Source: an uncultured Vicinamibacteraceae bacterium (GTDB lineage: Bacteria > Acidobacteriota > Vicinamibacteria > Vicinamibacterales > UBA8438). From it: a DNA stretch of 64,000 bases. A model generated the notes under the pieces. It did not search any database and had not been told where the DNA came from. It was given only the letters and a program-made list of their open reading frames with translations. Shown one piece after another: positions 15,941-25,051 of the stretch. The stretch spans positions 16,641 to 80,640 of the forward strand of contig CAZYFH010000012.1 of the NCBI GenBank assembly GCA_964646815.1. Reading direction: 5' to 3'. The first letter of the stretch is position 1; each line of letters starts with the position of its first letter. A program made the translations under genes and the position numbers.

Positions 15941-18421
15941 ATGCACAGCGGTGGATGGAACCTTGCCAGGGTTCTGCGCAGCACCGTCGTGGGGCTGACG
16001 ATGACGGTGGGCAGTATCGTCGGCTTCCCTGCGGTGGCCTTAGCGCAGGACGGCACAATCACAGGTGTTGTCGTCGCGCGCGCAGAGGGCACTGCGGTGG
16101 CTGAAGCCGTCGTCCTAGTCGACGGAACCTCGCTGGCCGCCGTCGCCAATGCGGTTGGGCGGTTTCGCATCGACGGGGTCCCACCGGGCGGGGTGACACT
16201 CGTCGTCCAGGCTTCCGGTTTTCTCGAGTTGCGTGTCGGCGGCGTTCAGGTACAACCGGGAGGCAATGCCCCGCTGCGGGTCGAGCTAGAGGTCACCCCG
16301 AACTACCTCGAACGCGTGCAGGTGACGGCGAGCCGGGCGCCGCTCAGCGTCGGCGACGTGGCGGCGCAAGCGGACATCATCGACCGCACCACCATCGAAC
16401 AGCGGGGCGACCAGGAGTTGGTGCAGGCAATCGCGCACGTGCCGGGTGTCATCGTGAGTACGCAGGCCGGCTCGTTCCAGTCGGTGACAATGCGCGGTCT
16501 GCCGCGCGACGGCAACGAGTTCACCAGCACGTTGCTGCTCATCGACGGCGTACCGCAGACCGATTCGCGTAACAGCGCGCGTGTCGTCAACCTCCCGATC
16601 AACGACGCGAGCAGCATCGAGGTCCTGCGCGGACCGAACTCATCGCTCTATGGTCGCACCGCCATCGGTGGCTCGATCAACGTGCGGACCGCTGAGCCCA
16701 CGCCCGACCACCAGTTTGGCTTCGACTTCACTACAGGGGGGTTCGACGCGAACGGTAGCGGACTCGATACGGCGAAGGGCGTAGCGCGCGCATCTGGGCC
16801 CATACGCGACTGGGGCGGCTACTATGTGTCGGCGTCGAGCGAGCAAAACTCGAGTTTCTATACCGGGCCATTCGACTTCGATGTCGACCGGACCGCTATG
16901 TTCGCTAAAGTGACCTTCGTTCCCGACGAGCGGTCGCACGGCAGCGTTAGCGTCAACCGAGTGCTCTCCGCGCAAAGCACACCGACCAACGTGCCCATTA
17001 TCGACGGGCGGTTGCTGAGCGACATCGACGCACGGTTCGATCGCCTGACCAATCTCAACGTTCCAGGTCCGAACTACCGTCAGAACGAAGGCCGGATTAC
17101 AGCGAACTACACGCGCGTCCTATCGTCGTGGGCCAGCATTCACGGCATCTTTGGCTATCGTGCGATCCAGTACAAGTTCATCGACGACGGCGACGTGATT
17201 GGTGGCCCGTTCGATCTCGAGGCCACCACGCTGACGATGTATCCGTTCGAGATGCAGACCGATGAGGACATCACGTACTCGGAAGCTCGCATCGAGGTGA
17301 CGCCGGTACTGGGCGAGATGCGCAACACCCTGACGGTGGGGGCTTCATACGAGAAGACCGGCGGGTTTGCCGCCGGCAACCTGATGTACACGGATCCCAA
17401 CACGTTCGGTTGGCCGGTGAACTATCTCAACCCGATACATCCGCCGAAGAGCGAGTGGGAGTTCTTCCGCTTCGGCGGTAACGACTACAACCTCGGGAGC
17501 ACCGGCGTGTTCGCGCAGTACCTGATCGAGCCAGTCAGCCGTCTCATGTTCACCGCCGCCGGGCGATTCGACCGCTTCAACATCGACAACACGCTAACGT
17601 TCGCTCCCACGCCGACGGTGATCGAGGATTCGTTCGACGCGTTCAGCCCGAAACTGAGCGCGATGGTGAAACTGCTCGGCGTCGACGGCGTCGGCCCGAC
17701 GGTCAACGCGTACGCCACCTACTCGCAGGCGTTTCTCCCGCCGCGTCGTGCAAGTCAGCTTCGGCCTGGTAATGAGCTGAACCCGCTGAACCCGGAAGAC
17801 ATCGAGAACTACGAGGTGGGGATGAAGGGCAGCGCCGCCAACGGGCGAGTGACGTTCGAGGGGACGTTCTTCTACATGACGCGCGACGGCATCATTGCCA
17901 GCGTGCGTCAGGGGCCGTTCTTCCTGCCGACGAACTCCGGGGCGCACGAATACAAGGGCTTCGAGACCGGAGTCGGTGTGACGCCCCTCGAAGACAACGG
18001 TTGCTACGGCTCGCTGTCCGTCTACATCAACGCGTCGTTCTACGAGAACCGGTTCGGCGATTTCGTGATCGAGAGCACTGGTGGGGACACCGTGCTGACT
18101 GGTAACCGTCTCCCGATCGCGCCAGACCGCGTCATCAACGCGGGGCTGACCTGGGCCCCTACCGACGCGGTCGATGTCGTGGTCAATGCCAAGCACGTCG
18201 GCGACGTCATGGTCGACCAGGGAAACACGTTCGAGTTCGATCCGTACACGCTGGTCGATCTCGCCGTCTCGTGGCGGACCGGTCCGCTGCGCCTGACGCT
18301 GTCGGCGCACAACGTCTTCGACGAAGAGTACTTCTGGAATGGCGACATCTCGCGCGGCGAATCGGCCGATGTAGGTCCCTCGCGCCAAGTCCTGCTGACG
18401 ACATCGTTCTCATTCAGGTAA
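15941..18421 (+). CDS. TonB-dependent receptor (siderophore-receptor-like) with carboxypeptidase-regulatory-like domain
   Basis: GAGGA upstream of ATG 15941 and a signal peptide. GTITGVVV..AVGRFRIDGVPPG, plug (IEVLRGPNSSLYGRTAIGGSINV), and barrel. Confidence 0.85.
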   Translation: MHSGGWNLARVLRSTVVGLTMTVGSIVGFPAVALAQDGTITGVVVARAEGTAVAEAVVLVDGTSLAAVANAVGRFRIDGVPPGGVTLVVQASGFLELRVGGVQVQPGGNAPLRVELEVTPNYLERVQVTASRAPLSVGDVAAQADIIDRTTIEQRGDQELVQAIAHVPGVIVSTQAGSFQSVTMRGLPRDGNEFTSTLLLIDGVPQTDSRNSARVVNLPINDASSIEVLRGPNSSLYGRTAIGGSINVRTAEPTPDHQFGFDFTTGGFDANGSGLDTAKGVARASGPIRDWGGYYVSASSEQNSSFYTGPFDFDVDRTAMFAKVTFVPDERSHGSVSVNRVLSAQSTPTNVPIIDGRLLSDIDARFDRLTNLNVPGPNYRQNEGRITANYTRVLSSWASIHGIFGYRAIQYKFIDDGDVIGGPFDLEATTLTMYPFEMQTDEDITYSEARIEVTPVLGEMRNTLTVGASYEKTGGFAAGNLMYTDPNTFGWPVNYLNPIHPPKSEWEFFRFGGNDYNLGSTGVFAQYLIEPVSRLMFTAAGRFDRFNIDNTLTFAPTPTVIEDSFDAFSPKLSAMVKLLGVDGVGPTVNAYATYSQAFLPPRRASQLRPGNELNPLNPEDIENYEVGMKGSAANGRVTFEGTFFYMTRDGIIASVRQGPFFLPTNSGAHEYKGFETGVGVTPLEDNGCYGSLSVYINASFYENRFGDFVIESTGGDTVLTGNRLPIAPDRVINAGLTWAPTDAVDVVVNAKHVGDVMVDQGNTFEFDPYTLVDLAVSWRTGPLRLTLSAHNVFDEEYFWNGDISRGESADVGPSRQVLLTTSFSFR

Positions 18422-18431
18422 TACTGACCGG

Positions 18432-20138
18432 ATGGGCTCTCTGCCGGGCGCGGGTTCCCCTGCTCACGCGGCCTCCAGAGTTAGCCGGGGGGCGGGGACC
18501 GCTCGGAGCCCCGACTCCGGTCGCGACGCGACAAGCCGTGCCCCGAGTGCGACGGCGCCGCGGCCGGATTGGCGCCGGGCCATCGTCTACACGCACCGCT
18601 GGCTCGGAATTGCCGGCAGCCTGCTGTTCATGGCGTGGTTCGTGTCCGGCATCGTCTTGATGTACGCCGGCATGCCGAGCCTCACGGCCGAGGAGCGGTT
18701 CGCCCGGTTGCCGGAACTCGACCTCTCCTCAGCGCGCGTCCCGCTAGCCGCGGCGGCGGTGGCGGCCGGTGGCGTCCCGGATCGCACGCTGGTTGGCATG
18801 GTCGGCGACCGACCCGCCTATCGGTTTTGGCGGCTGGGTCGGTGGATCACCGTGTTCGCGGATACGGGAGTGCACCTGGACCACCTGACGCCTCGCCAGG
18901 CGACGGCACTCGCGCGCCAGTACGCGCCCGAGAATGCCGCGTCCCTCCGACACGAGACCCGAATGACTGCGCCCGACCAGTGGACCCTCCAGAGCCGCGA
19001 GTTCATGCCTCTGCATCGCATCGCGCTCGGCGATGCCGACGACACGCGGATCTACATCTCCGACCGGACCGGCGAGCCGGTCATGAAGACGACGCGCACC
19101 GGTCGGAGGCTTGCGTATGCCGGGGCCGTGCTGCACTGGTTCTACTTCACGCCGTTCAGGCGCCACACGACTGTCTGGATCCAGTCCGTCATCTGGATAT
19201 CGATCGTCGGTTGCGTGCTGACGCTCTCCGGGCTCCTGTGGGGCGTCTGGCGGATCTCGCCGGGCCTCCGCTACCGACTCCGGATCCGGGGTCGGTCACC
19301 GACGCCATACGATGGCTTGATGCGATGGCACCACTACGCTGGCCTCGTTTTTGGATTCACGACATTCACCTGGGTGTTGAGTGGCTGCCTCTCGCTCGAT
19401 CCGTTCGGCTGGCATCCGGGCACGGCTCCGACACCCGAACAGCGTGCCGCGGTGCGCGGGAATCCACTTCGTCTCGAGGGGATCGGTCTCAACGAGCTGC
19501 GGAGCGGCGCCGGAGTGATTCGGGCGTCGTTCGTGCCGAAGGAACTCGAGGTCGTGCCCTTCCGCGGCCGAGGCTATCTGCTCGCACGCCGTCCGAGATC
19601 GTTCGAGGAATCGGCACGTGCGCGTGCACCTTACAGGCCCCCGGACGATCCGGCGTGGGTGGCGGCGTTCGAGCAGCGTCTCGTACCGGCGCAGGCACCT
19701 GACCCGCAGGCATTCGTTCGTTTCGACGATGCGGCCGTGCTCGACGTGGCTCGCCTGGCGATGCCACGCTCGTCGATCACGGACGCCTCGTGGTTGGAGG
19801 CCTACGACGCCTACTACTACGACCGCACCGGTGCCCGGCCGCTCCCCGTCCTACGCGTGCGCTATGACGATCCGCAGGAGACCTGGCTCTATCTAGATCC
19901 GTTCCGGGGGGCGATCGCGCGTAAGGAAGAGCGGCTTACCCGCGTGAACCGATGGCTCTATCACGGCCTGCACAGCCTCGATTTTCCGTTCCTCTACGAC
20001 CGCCGGCCGCTCTGGGACGCGGTGGTCATCATGCTGAGCATCGGGGGGCTCGCGTTGAGCATGACGTCGTTGGCGCAAGCGTGGCAGCGTCTCAGGCGTC
20101 ACGGCCGCCGGCTCCTGGGCTCACGCCGGAGGGGGTAG
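18432..20138 (+). CDS. PepSY-associated TM-helix protein (PiuB/FoxB-like)
   Basis: WRRAIVYTHRWLGIAGSLLFMAWFVSGIVLMY and a C-terminal RWLYHGLHSLDFPFLY motif. Typical partner of TonB-dependent receptors. The true start may lie downstream. Confidence 0.75.
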   Translation: MGSLPGAGSPAHAASRVSRGAGTARSPDSGRDATSRAPSATAPRPDWRRAIVYTHRWLGIAGSLLFMAWFVSGIVLMYAGMPSLTAEERFARLPELDLSSARVPLAAAAVAAGGVPDRTLVGMVGDRPAYRFWRLGRWITVFADTGVHLDHLTPRQATALARQYAPENAASLRHETRMTAPDQWTLQSREFMPLHRIALGDADDTRIYISDRTGEPVMKTTRTGRRLAYAGAVLHWFYFTPFRRHTTVWIQSVIWISIVGCVLTLSGLLWGVWRISPGLRYRLRIRGRSPTPYDGLMRWHHYAGLVFGFTTFTWVLSGCLSLDPFGWHPGTAPTPEQRAAVRGNPLRLEGIGLNELRSGAGVIRASFVPKELEVVPFRGRGYLLARRPRSFEESARARAPYRPPDDPAWVAAFEQRLVPAQAPDPQAFVRFDDAAVLDVARLAMPRSSITDASWLEAYDAYYYDRTGARPLPVLRVRYDDPQETWLYLDPFRGAIARKEERLTRVNRWLYHGLHSLDFPFLYDRRPLWDAVVIMLSIGGLALSMTSLAQAWQRLRRHGRRLLGSRRRG

Positions 20139-20155
20139 GTGCCATGTGGCGCGAC

Positions 20156-20566
20156 TTATTGACTGGCGGCGAGGTCGCGGAGGAAGTTGATCACGTTCCA
20201 GATATCGTCGTCCGTGATGCGGCCTTCCCAGGCGTCCATGTCGTACTTGGGCGGAACGCCTTCCCTGATCACCTTGAAAATCGCCGCATCGGTGTCGCCG
20301 TGGTCCCACTCGTCGTCCACGAGGTCGGCTGGCCGCGAGTCGGGCGGGGCCGCCATGCCACGGCCGTCCGCGCTTATACCATGGCACGATCGGCAAAAAC
20401 GGCCGTAGGTCCCTCGGCCGGCCGTGATCGACTCCTCGGACGACGCGATCGGGTTATCCTGCAGCGTGAGCTCGGCTGCCAGGGCGCTGGGCGTTGGCGA
20501 GACCCCGCTCATTACGTAGAGTCCGACGGCAAAGAGAATGGCGATTGCTGGCACGAAGCGCGTCAT
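20156..20566 (-). CDS. Class I c-type cytochrome
   Basis: Strong SD (GAGGAGG) before ATG 20566, a signal peptide, and CRSCH heme motif. Confidence 0.8.
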   Translation of the reverse strand: MTRFVPAIAILFAVGLYVMSGVSPTPSALAAELTLQDNPIASSEESITAGRGTYGRFCRSCHGISADGRGMAAPPDSRPADLVDDEWDHGDTDAAIFKVIREGVPPKYDMDAWEGRITDDDIWNVINFLRDLAASQ

Positions 20567-20735
20567 ATCTGCGACCTCCTCAAGTTGTTCAACGTCAACT
20601 ATACGCTCCTGGCCGCATGAGGCGGGGGCGGTGCGGGGTCGAAGTTGACCCTACTCGGACCAGCAGGTTACACTTCGCGCCCAAGCTTTGATTCCGACTA
20701 GGGTGCGTTCTGGGCGGCTGTGGAGGTACGACGAC

Positions 20736-21260
20736 ATGCGAGTGCTCAGCCTCGTCATTACAGTGGTGTTGGTTGCTGGCACGGCTGTGGCGCAGCAGGA
20801 TCCGCCAGCAGAGCCCGCCGGTGACCTCGCAGAGGTGATGCGAGGGATATTGTTCCCGAACTCAAATATTCTTTTCGACGCGCAGAGTGTTGATCCGGGT
20901 GCACCTCCGGAAGAGTCGAACGCAGATGCAGGAGGCGCCTCCGCACGGTTTGCGGCCGTCTATACCGGCTGGGAAACGGTCGAGAACGCGGCGATTGCAC
21001 TGGCTGAGGCAGCCAATCTCATCACCCTGCCTGGACGCATGTGTGAGAACGGCCAGCCGGTTCCGATCGAGCAGGACAACTGGAAGGAATTCGTGCAGGG
21101 GCTGCGCGAGGCGGGAGAAATCGCCTACAAGGCGGCGCGCAACAAGAGCCAGGACGAAGTCATCGACGCGACGAACTACGTCGCCGAAGCCTGCTCGAAC
21201 TGCCACAGCGTCTATCGCGACAGCTATTCGGATCCCCCGAAGGAGCGTTGCGTCCCGTAG
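20736..21260 (+). CDS. Class II (cytochrome c'-like) c-type cytochrome
   Basis: GGAGG before ATG 20736, signal MRVLSLVITVVLVAGTAVAQ, and a single C-terminal CSNCH. Paralog of 9196..9687. Confidence 0.7.
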   Translation: MRVLSLVITVVLVAGTAVAQQDPPAEPAGDLAEVMRGILFPNSNILFDAQSVDPGAPPEESNADAGGASARFAAVYTGWETVENAAIALAEAANLITLPGRMCENGQPVPIEQDNWKEFVQGLREAGEIAYKAARNKSQDEVIDATNYVAEACSNCHSVYRDSYSDPPKERCVP

Positions 21261-21300
21261 CCATCTAGCGCCAGCCACCGGAATCACAGGACACTGACCG

Positions 21301-21828
21301 ATGCTCAGGAGCTTGTTCGAGTGGGGGCAGATGCTGCCGAGCAGCATTGCGCTCCGCGAGTCGCTCAACGCGTATCCGATCATGCTGACCTCGCATGTCA
21401 TCAGCATGTGTCTGATGGCGGGGCTCGTGATGATGATGGACCTTCGGTTGGCGGGCGTGGGTAACAAGCATTCCTCCATCAGCGATGTGCAGTCACGGTT
21501 GTTTCCCTGGCAGATGGTCGGCTTCGTCGTCAGCGCTGTCACCGGGGGGCTGCTGGTGTGGGCTGACCCGATGCGGTTCTACGTCAACTTCTACTTCTGG
21601 ACGAAGAACCTATTCATGGTGCTAGCGGGTATCAATATCTGGTACTTCCACACGAAGACGTATCAGACGGTGGAGCAGTGGAACATGGATCCAACGCCGC
21701 CACCGGCGGCTCGGATGGCTGGCTACTTGTCGATCGCGTTGTGGGCCGGTGTTATCGTTCTAGGTCGCATGATTGCCTACTCCGGGCTCGTTCCGCAGTG
21801 GTGGCTCGATCTGGGTCTCCAGGGATGA
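21301..21828 (+). CDS. Integral membrane protein, unknown family (paralog A)
   Basis: Four or five hydrophobic segments. Motif HVISMCLMAGLVMMMDLRLAGVG is shared with the next gene. Confidence 0.7.
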   Translation: MLRSLFEWGQMLPSSIALRESLNAYPIMLTSHVISMCLMAGLVMMMDLRLAGVGNKHSSISDVQSRLFPWQMVGFVVSAVTGGLLVWADPMRFYVNFYFWTKNLFMVLAGINIWYFHTKTYQTVEQWNMDPTPPPAARMAGYLSIALWAGVIVLGRMIAYSGLVPQWWLDLGLQG

Positions 21829-21865
21829 GCAACGCTCAGAGGGGCGCTTAAGGGATTACTACACC

Positions 21866-22342
21866 ATGCTGCAGCCGTTCTTCACGTGGATGCAACAGCA
21901 CCCGTTCAGCGCCTATGTCCTCGACACGACCTGGTTCTCGCCGATCACGCAAGTGCTGCACTTGGTAGCATTGTCGGTCTTTGCGGGAGCCATCCTCGTG
22001 GTTGACATGCGGCTCTTGGGCATCGGGTTGACCAAAACGCCGCTTGCCAAGGTGGCTCGGGACGCGCAACCGTGGCTCATCTGGTCGTTCGTGGCGTTGT
22101 TCATCACGGGATTCCCATCGCTGACGTCGACCGCCATGAAGCAGTATTTCAGCCCGTTTTTTTGGTGGAAGATGGAGTTGCTGCTGCTGGGGGTCATCTT
22201 CACGTTCACGATACGCCGCAAGCTCGTCCAGACGAGCGAGGCGGAACTGGGGCCCGTCTGGCCAAAGGTGGCTGGGCTCGTTTCCATCTCGGTTTGGACC
22301 GGCGTCGCGGTCGGCGCACGGCTGATCGGATTGCTTTCCTGA
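21866..22342 (+). CDS. Integral membrane protein, unknown family (paralog B)
   Basis: ATG 21866 gives MLQPFFTWMQQHPFSAYV. Motif LHLVALSVFAGAILVVDMRLLGIG parallels 21301..21828. Confidence 0.7.
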   Translation: MLQPFFTWMQQHPFSAYVLDTTWFSPITQVLHLVALSVFAGAILVVDMRLLGIGLTKTPLAKVARDAQPWLIWSFVALFITGFPSLTSTAMKQYFSPFFWWKMELLLLGVIFTFTIRRKLVQTSEAELGPVWPKVAGLVSISVWTGVAVGARLIGLLS

Positions 22343-22359
22343 CCCGGTGCGTTCGGTCC

Positions 22360-22388
22360 TTGACATCAGGAAGAACGGCGGTAAAAAT
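22360..22388 (+). promoter_or_regulatory. Sigma70-like promoter candidate
   Basis: TTGACA (22360-22365), a spacer of 16-17 nt, then TAAAAAT. This is an AT-rich consensus-like island in a GC-rich intergenic region upstream of 22495. Confidence 0.4.
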
Positions 22389-22494
22389 ACGACGCTGATT
22401 GATGAGTTCATTAGTCACGACGTGGCCTCGGCTGCGAGGTGGAGTGCCCGCAGCGGGTGGTCCGCGTCGAGACCCGAGCGGGGGAGATGAATTG

Positions 22495-23385
22495 ATGCGA
22501 AATCGTGGCAAGGTCAGATTCGTGATGTTGGCGTCGGCGCTTGTCGCTGTCGTAATGGTGTTTTCGTTGGCGACCGAACCGGTCGCCGGCCAGGATTATC
22601 GGGCCGATCGGACGGCTTTCGGGCAACCCGACCTGAACGGGATCTGGCAGGCGCTCGGCAGCGCCAACTGGAACATCGAGGGTCACGCGGCGAGCCCGGG
22701 GCCGGTCGTCGAACTCGCGGCACTCGGTGCGATTCCGGGTGGGCTCGGGATCGTCGAGGGCGGCGAGATCCCCTACACGGCTGCCGCGCGCGCCAGGCAG
22801 GCGGACAACAAAGAACACTGGCTTGAGCGCGACCCAGCGATCAACTGCTTCATGCCTGGTGTGCCACGCGCCAATTACATGCCGTACCCGTTCCAGATCG
22901 TGCAGACCGAGGAATACATTCTCATCGCCTACGAGTTCGCCAGTGCCAGCCGGGTCGTCTACATGAACCGGCCAGATTTTGAGGCGCCGGTCGACGCGTG
23001 GATGGGGCATTCGCGCGGCTCCTGGGACGGTGAGACGCTGGTGATTGACGTCACCGCGCAGATGCCGGACACGTGGCTCGACAGTGCGGGGAACCACCAC
23101 AGCAACTCGCTCCACGTCGTTGAGCGGTTCACGGCGATCAGTCCAGGCCACATCATGTACGAGGCGACGATTGAGGACCCGGAGGTCTACACGCGCCCGT
23201 GGACCATGCGGTTCCCGCTCTACCGTCGGATTGACGAGAACATGCAGTTGCTTGAGTTCAAGTGCGTCGAGTTCGCGGAGGAACTGATGTACGGGCACCT
23301 GCGGAAGGACCCAGACCTGACGCCAACGTATCGCCCGACCGGTTTCGGCTCGGCGTTCGAAGGCGACGCGCCTGGCCCGAGATAA
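22495..23385 (+). CDS. Secreted protein of unknown function (GQPDLNGIW family; paralog of 58951..59988)
   Basis: GGGGGAG before ATG 22495 and a signal peptide. Shares GQP(D/N)L(N/Q)GIW, VERFT..P....YE.T..(D/N)P....RPWT, and an E(F/Y).C.E motif with the paralog. Confidence 0.7.
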   Translation: MRNRGKVRFVMLASALVAVVMVFSLATEPVAGQDYRADRTAFGQPDLNGIWQALGSANWNIEGHAASPGPVVELAALGAIPGGLGIVEGGEIPYTAAARARQADNKEHWLERDPAINCFMPGVPRANYMPYPFQIVQTEEYILIAYEFASASRVVYMNRPDFEAPVDAWMGHSRGSWDGETLVIDVTAQMPDTWLDSAGNHHSNSLHVVERFTAISPGHIMYEATIEDPEVYTRPWTMRFPLYRRIDENMQLLEFKCVEFAEELMYGHLRKDPDLTPTYRPTGFGSAFEGDAPGPR

Positions 23386-23417
23386 GGCCGTATAAACGCA
23401 AGGAGAATCTGCTGGAG

Positions 23418-23446
23418 TTGACGAAATCCCGGTTGACGTCCATAAT
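23418..23446 (+). promoter_or_regulatory. Sigma70-like promoter candidate
   Basis: TTGACG (23418-23423), 17 nt, then CATAAT (23441-23446), upstream of the gene at 23499. Confidence 0.35.
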
Positions 23447-23498
23447 ACGCAGACGGTAACTATTAGGGGTGGATAGGAATCAAGTGGAGGCGAATCCG

Positions 23499-23912
23499 AT
23501 GCGAAAGGTAGTCCTTACGGTCGCGGTTGTGGCTGTCGCGCTAGCGGCGGTACCGGTAGTGGCCCATCACGCGTTCTCGGCGGAGTTCGACGCTGACGCG
23601 CCGATTCACCTTGAGGGCAAAGTGGTGAAGATGGAGTGGATCAACCCCCACGCGTGGGTCCATCTCGAACTTGAAGATGGGACCGTGTGGATGGTCGAGG
23701 GGGGCACACCGAATACGTTGCTCCGCCGAGGCTTCAACAAGCAATCCCTCCTGCCTGGGACCGAGATTGTCGTTGATGGCTATCAGGCCAAGGACGGCTC
23801 CAACAAGGGTAACGGCCGCGACCTGACCTTCAAGGACGGTCGGAAGCTGTTCATGGGATCGTCCGGCACCGGCGCGCCACAAGATGGTCGTGACGTGACC
23901 GAGCCGGAATAG
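23499..23912 (+). CDS. Small secreted protein with predicted mature N-terminus HHAFSAE (paralog of 9725..10126)
   Basis: GTGGAGG before ATG 23499. MRKVVLTVAVVAVALAAVPVVA|HHAFSAEFD..LEGKV..INPH. Confidence 0.75.
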   Translation: MRKVVLTVAVVAVALAAVPVVAHHAFSAEFDADAPIHLEGKVVKMEWINPHAWVHLELEDGTVWMVEGGTPNTLLRRGFNKQSLLPGTEIVVDGYQAKDGSNKGNGRDLTFKDGRKLFMGSSGTGAPQDGRDVTEPE

Positions 23913-23946
23913 ACCGTTCAGCAGACCGTATCGGGTAACGAATACG

Positions 23947-23997
23947 AAGACCCTGAGCGTCCCAAGTATCTACTTGGGGCGTCCAGGGTCTTTTCTT
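23947..23997 (+). terminator. Intrinsic terminator
   Basis: Long hairpin AAGACCCTG..CCCAAGTA-TC-TACTTGGG..CAGGGTCTT followed by TTTTCTT. Confidence 0.65.
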
Positions 23998-24037
23998 GTC
24001 CAGAAGCAGATCGATTACGACGGAGAACCGGAACCCC

Positions 24038-25051
24038 ATGCCTAGACTGCTGATCGTTCTCTCTAGCACGGCGCTGTTGCTGGCACCGGCGTGCGCCCAG
24101 ACGCCCGCCGATGCGCCGGGCGCCACCCCGGCCGAGACGTCTGCCGTCACGGCAGGCGACACCTCCCGTGCAGACCCACGGCAGCAGTTCGCCGGGACCT
24201 GGGAGCTCGTGAGGGTGGAGCGGTACGACGCCGACGGCGAGTTGCAACCTCCGCCCGATCCGCCGGGGTTCGGAGCGGGCTCCCCGCTCGGCTACATCAT
24301 GTATGACGGCGACGGCTACATGGGCGTGGTGATTCAGCAGGACGGGCGACAGCCGTACGCCGGTGAGCGCCGGACCCCAGACGAAGCGTTGGCGGCCGTG
24401 ACGAGCTACACGTCCTACTTCGGTCCCTACACCGTGAACGAGACCGAGGGCTACGTGACGCATCATCTCGAGGGTAGCCTGAGCCCGGGAGGCCGCGGTC
24501 GCGACAACCAGCGCTTCTACGAGTTTTCCGGCAACCAGCTTGCGCTCAAACCCCCGGCCGGCGCGTCGGGCACCCAGCTGCGCATCGTCTGGGAGCGGGT
24601 CCCGGAACTCGCGGAGCTGACGGACGAGCATCGGCGGTTCATTGGCTTCTGGGAGTTCGATTCGGTCGAACGGAGGACGGTCGACGGGGAATCTCTGCCG
24701 GCGAACCAATGGAGAGCCGGCTACATCATTTATACGCCGTCTGGACACATGGCGGTGCACCTGGCCCGGCCCGACCGGCAGCCGTACGCCGACGGCGGTC
24801 CGACACCAGACGAGGCGGATGCCGCGCTCGGGACGTACGCCAGCTACTTCGGACCGTTCACGATTCACGCCGACGAGCGCTACGTCGTCCACCACCGCAT
24901 CGGCAACACCAGCCCGAACGGCGTGGGCACCGACGCCCAGCGGTTCTACGAGTTCGCCGGCAACCAACTCATCCTGAAGCCGCCGCCGGCGATGGTCGAC
25001 GGCCGAGAAGTGCAGAGCTTCATTTACTGGAATCGCATCAGCGGAGGATGA
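24038..25051 (+). CDS. Lipoprotein with two tandem lipocalin-like domains
   Basis: MPRLLIVLSSTALLLAPAC lipobox. Two repeats F(A/I)G.WE...VER......(Y/I)I.Y...G.M......D...PYA......P.EA.AA..(S/T)Y.SYFGP(Y/F)T......YV.HH......P...G.D..RFYEF.GNQL.LKP. Confidence 0.7.
   Translation: MPRLLIVLSSTALLLAPACAQTPADAPGATPAETSAVTAGDTSRADPRQQFAGTWELVRVERYDADGELQPPPDPPGFGAGSPLGYIMYDGDGYMGVVIQQDGRQPYAGERRTPDEALAAVTSYTSYFGPYTVNETEGYVTHHLEGSLSPGGRGRDNQRFYEFSGNQLALKPPAGASGTQLRIVWERVPELAELTDEHRRFIGFWEFDSVERRTVDGESLPANQWRAGYIIYTPSGHMAVHLARPDRQPYADGGPTPDEADAALGTYASYFGPFTIHADERYVVHHRIGNTSPNGVGTDAQRFYEFAGNQLILKPPPAMVDGREVQSFIYWNRISGG

Noticed and set aside
24709-25047. N-terminal extensions of listed ORFs: 24709.., 38242.., 40995.., 27623.., 42277..44676, 46927.., 30269..31201 and 34084..
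   Set aside because: The extensions overlap the preceding well-supported gene in another frame and are Arg-rich junk. Internal starts with SD sequences or 4-nt start-stop overlaps give proteins of canonical length with proper signal peptides.
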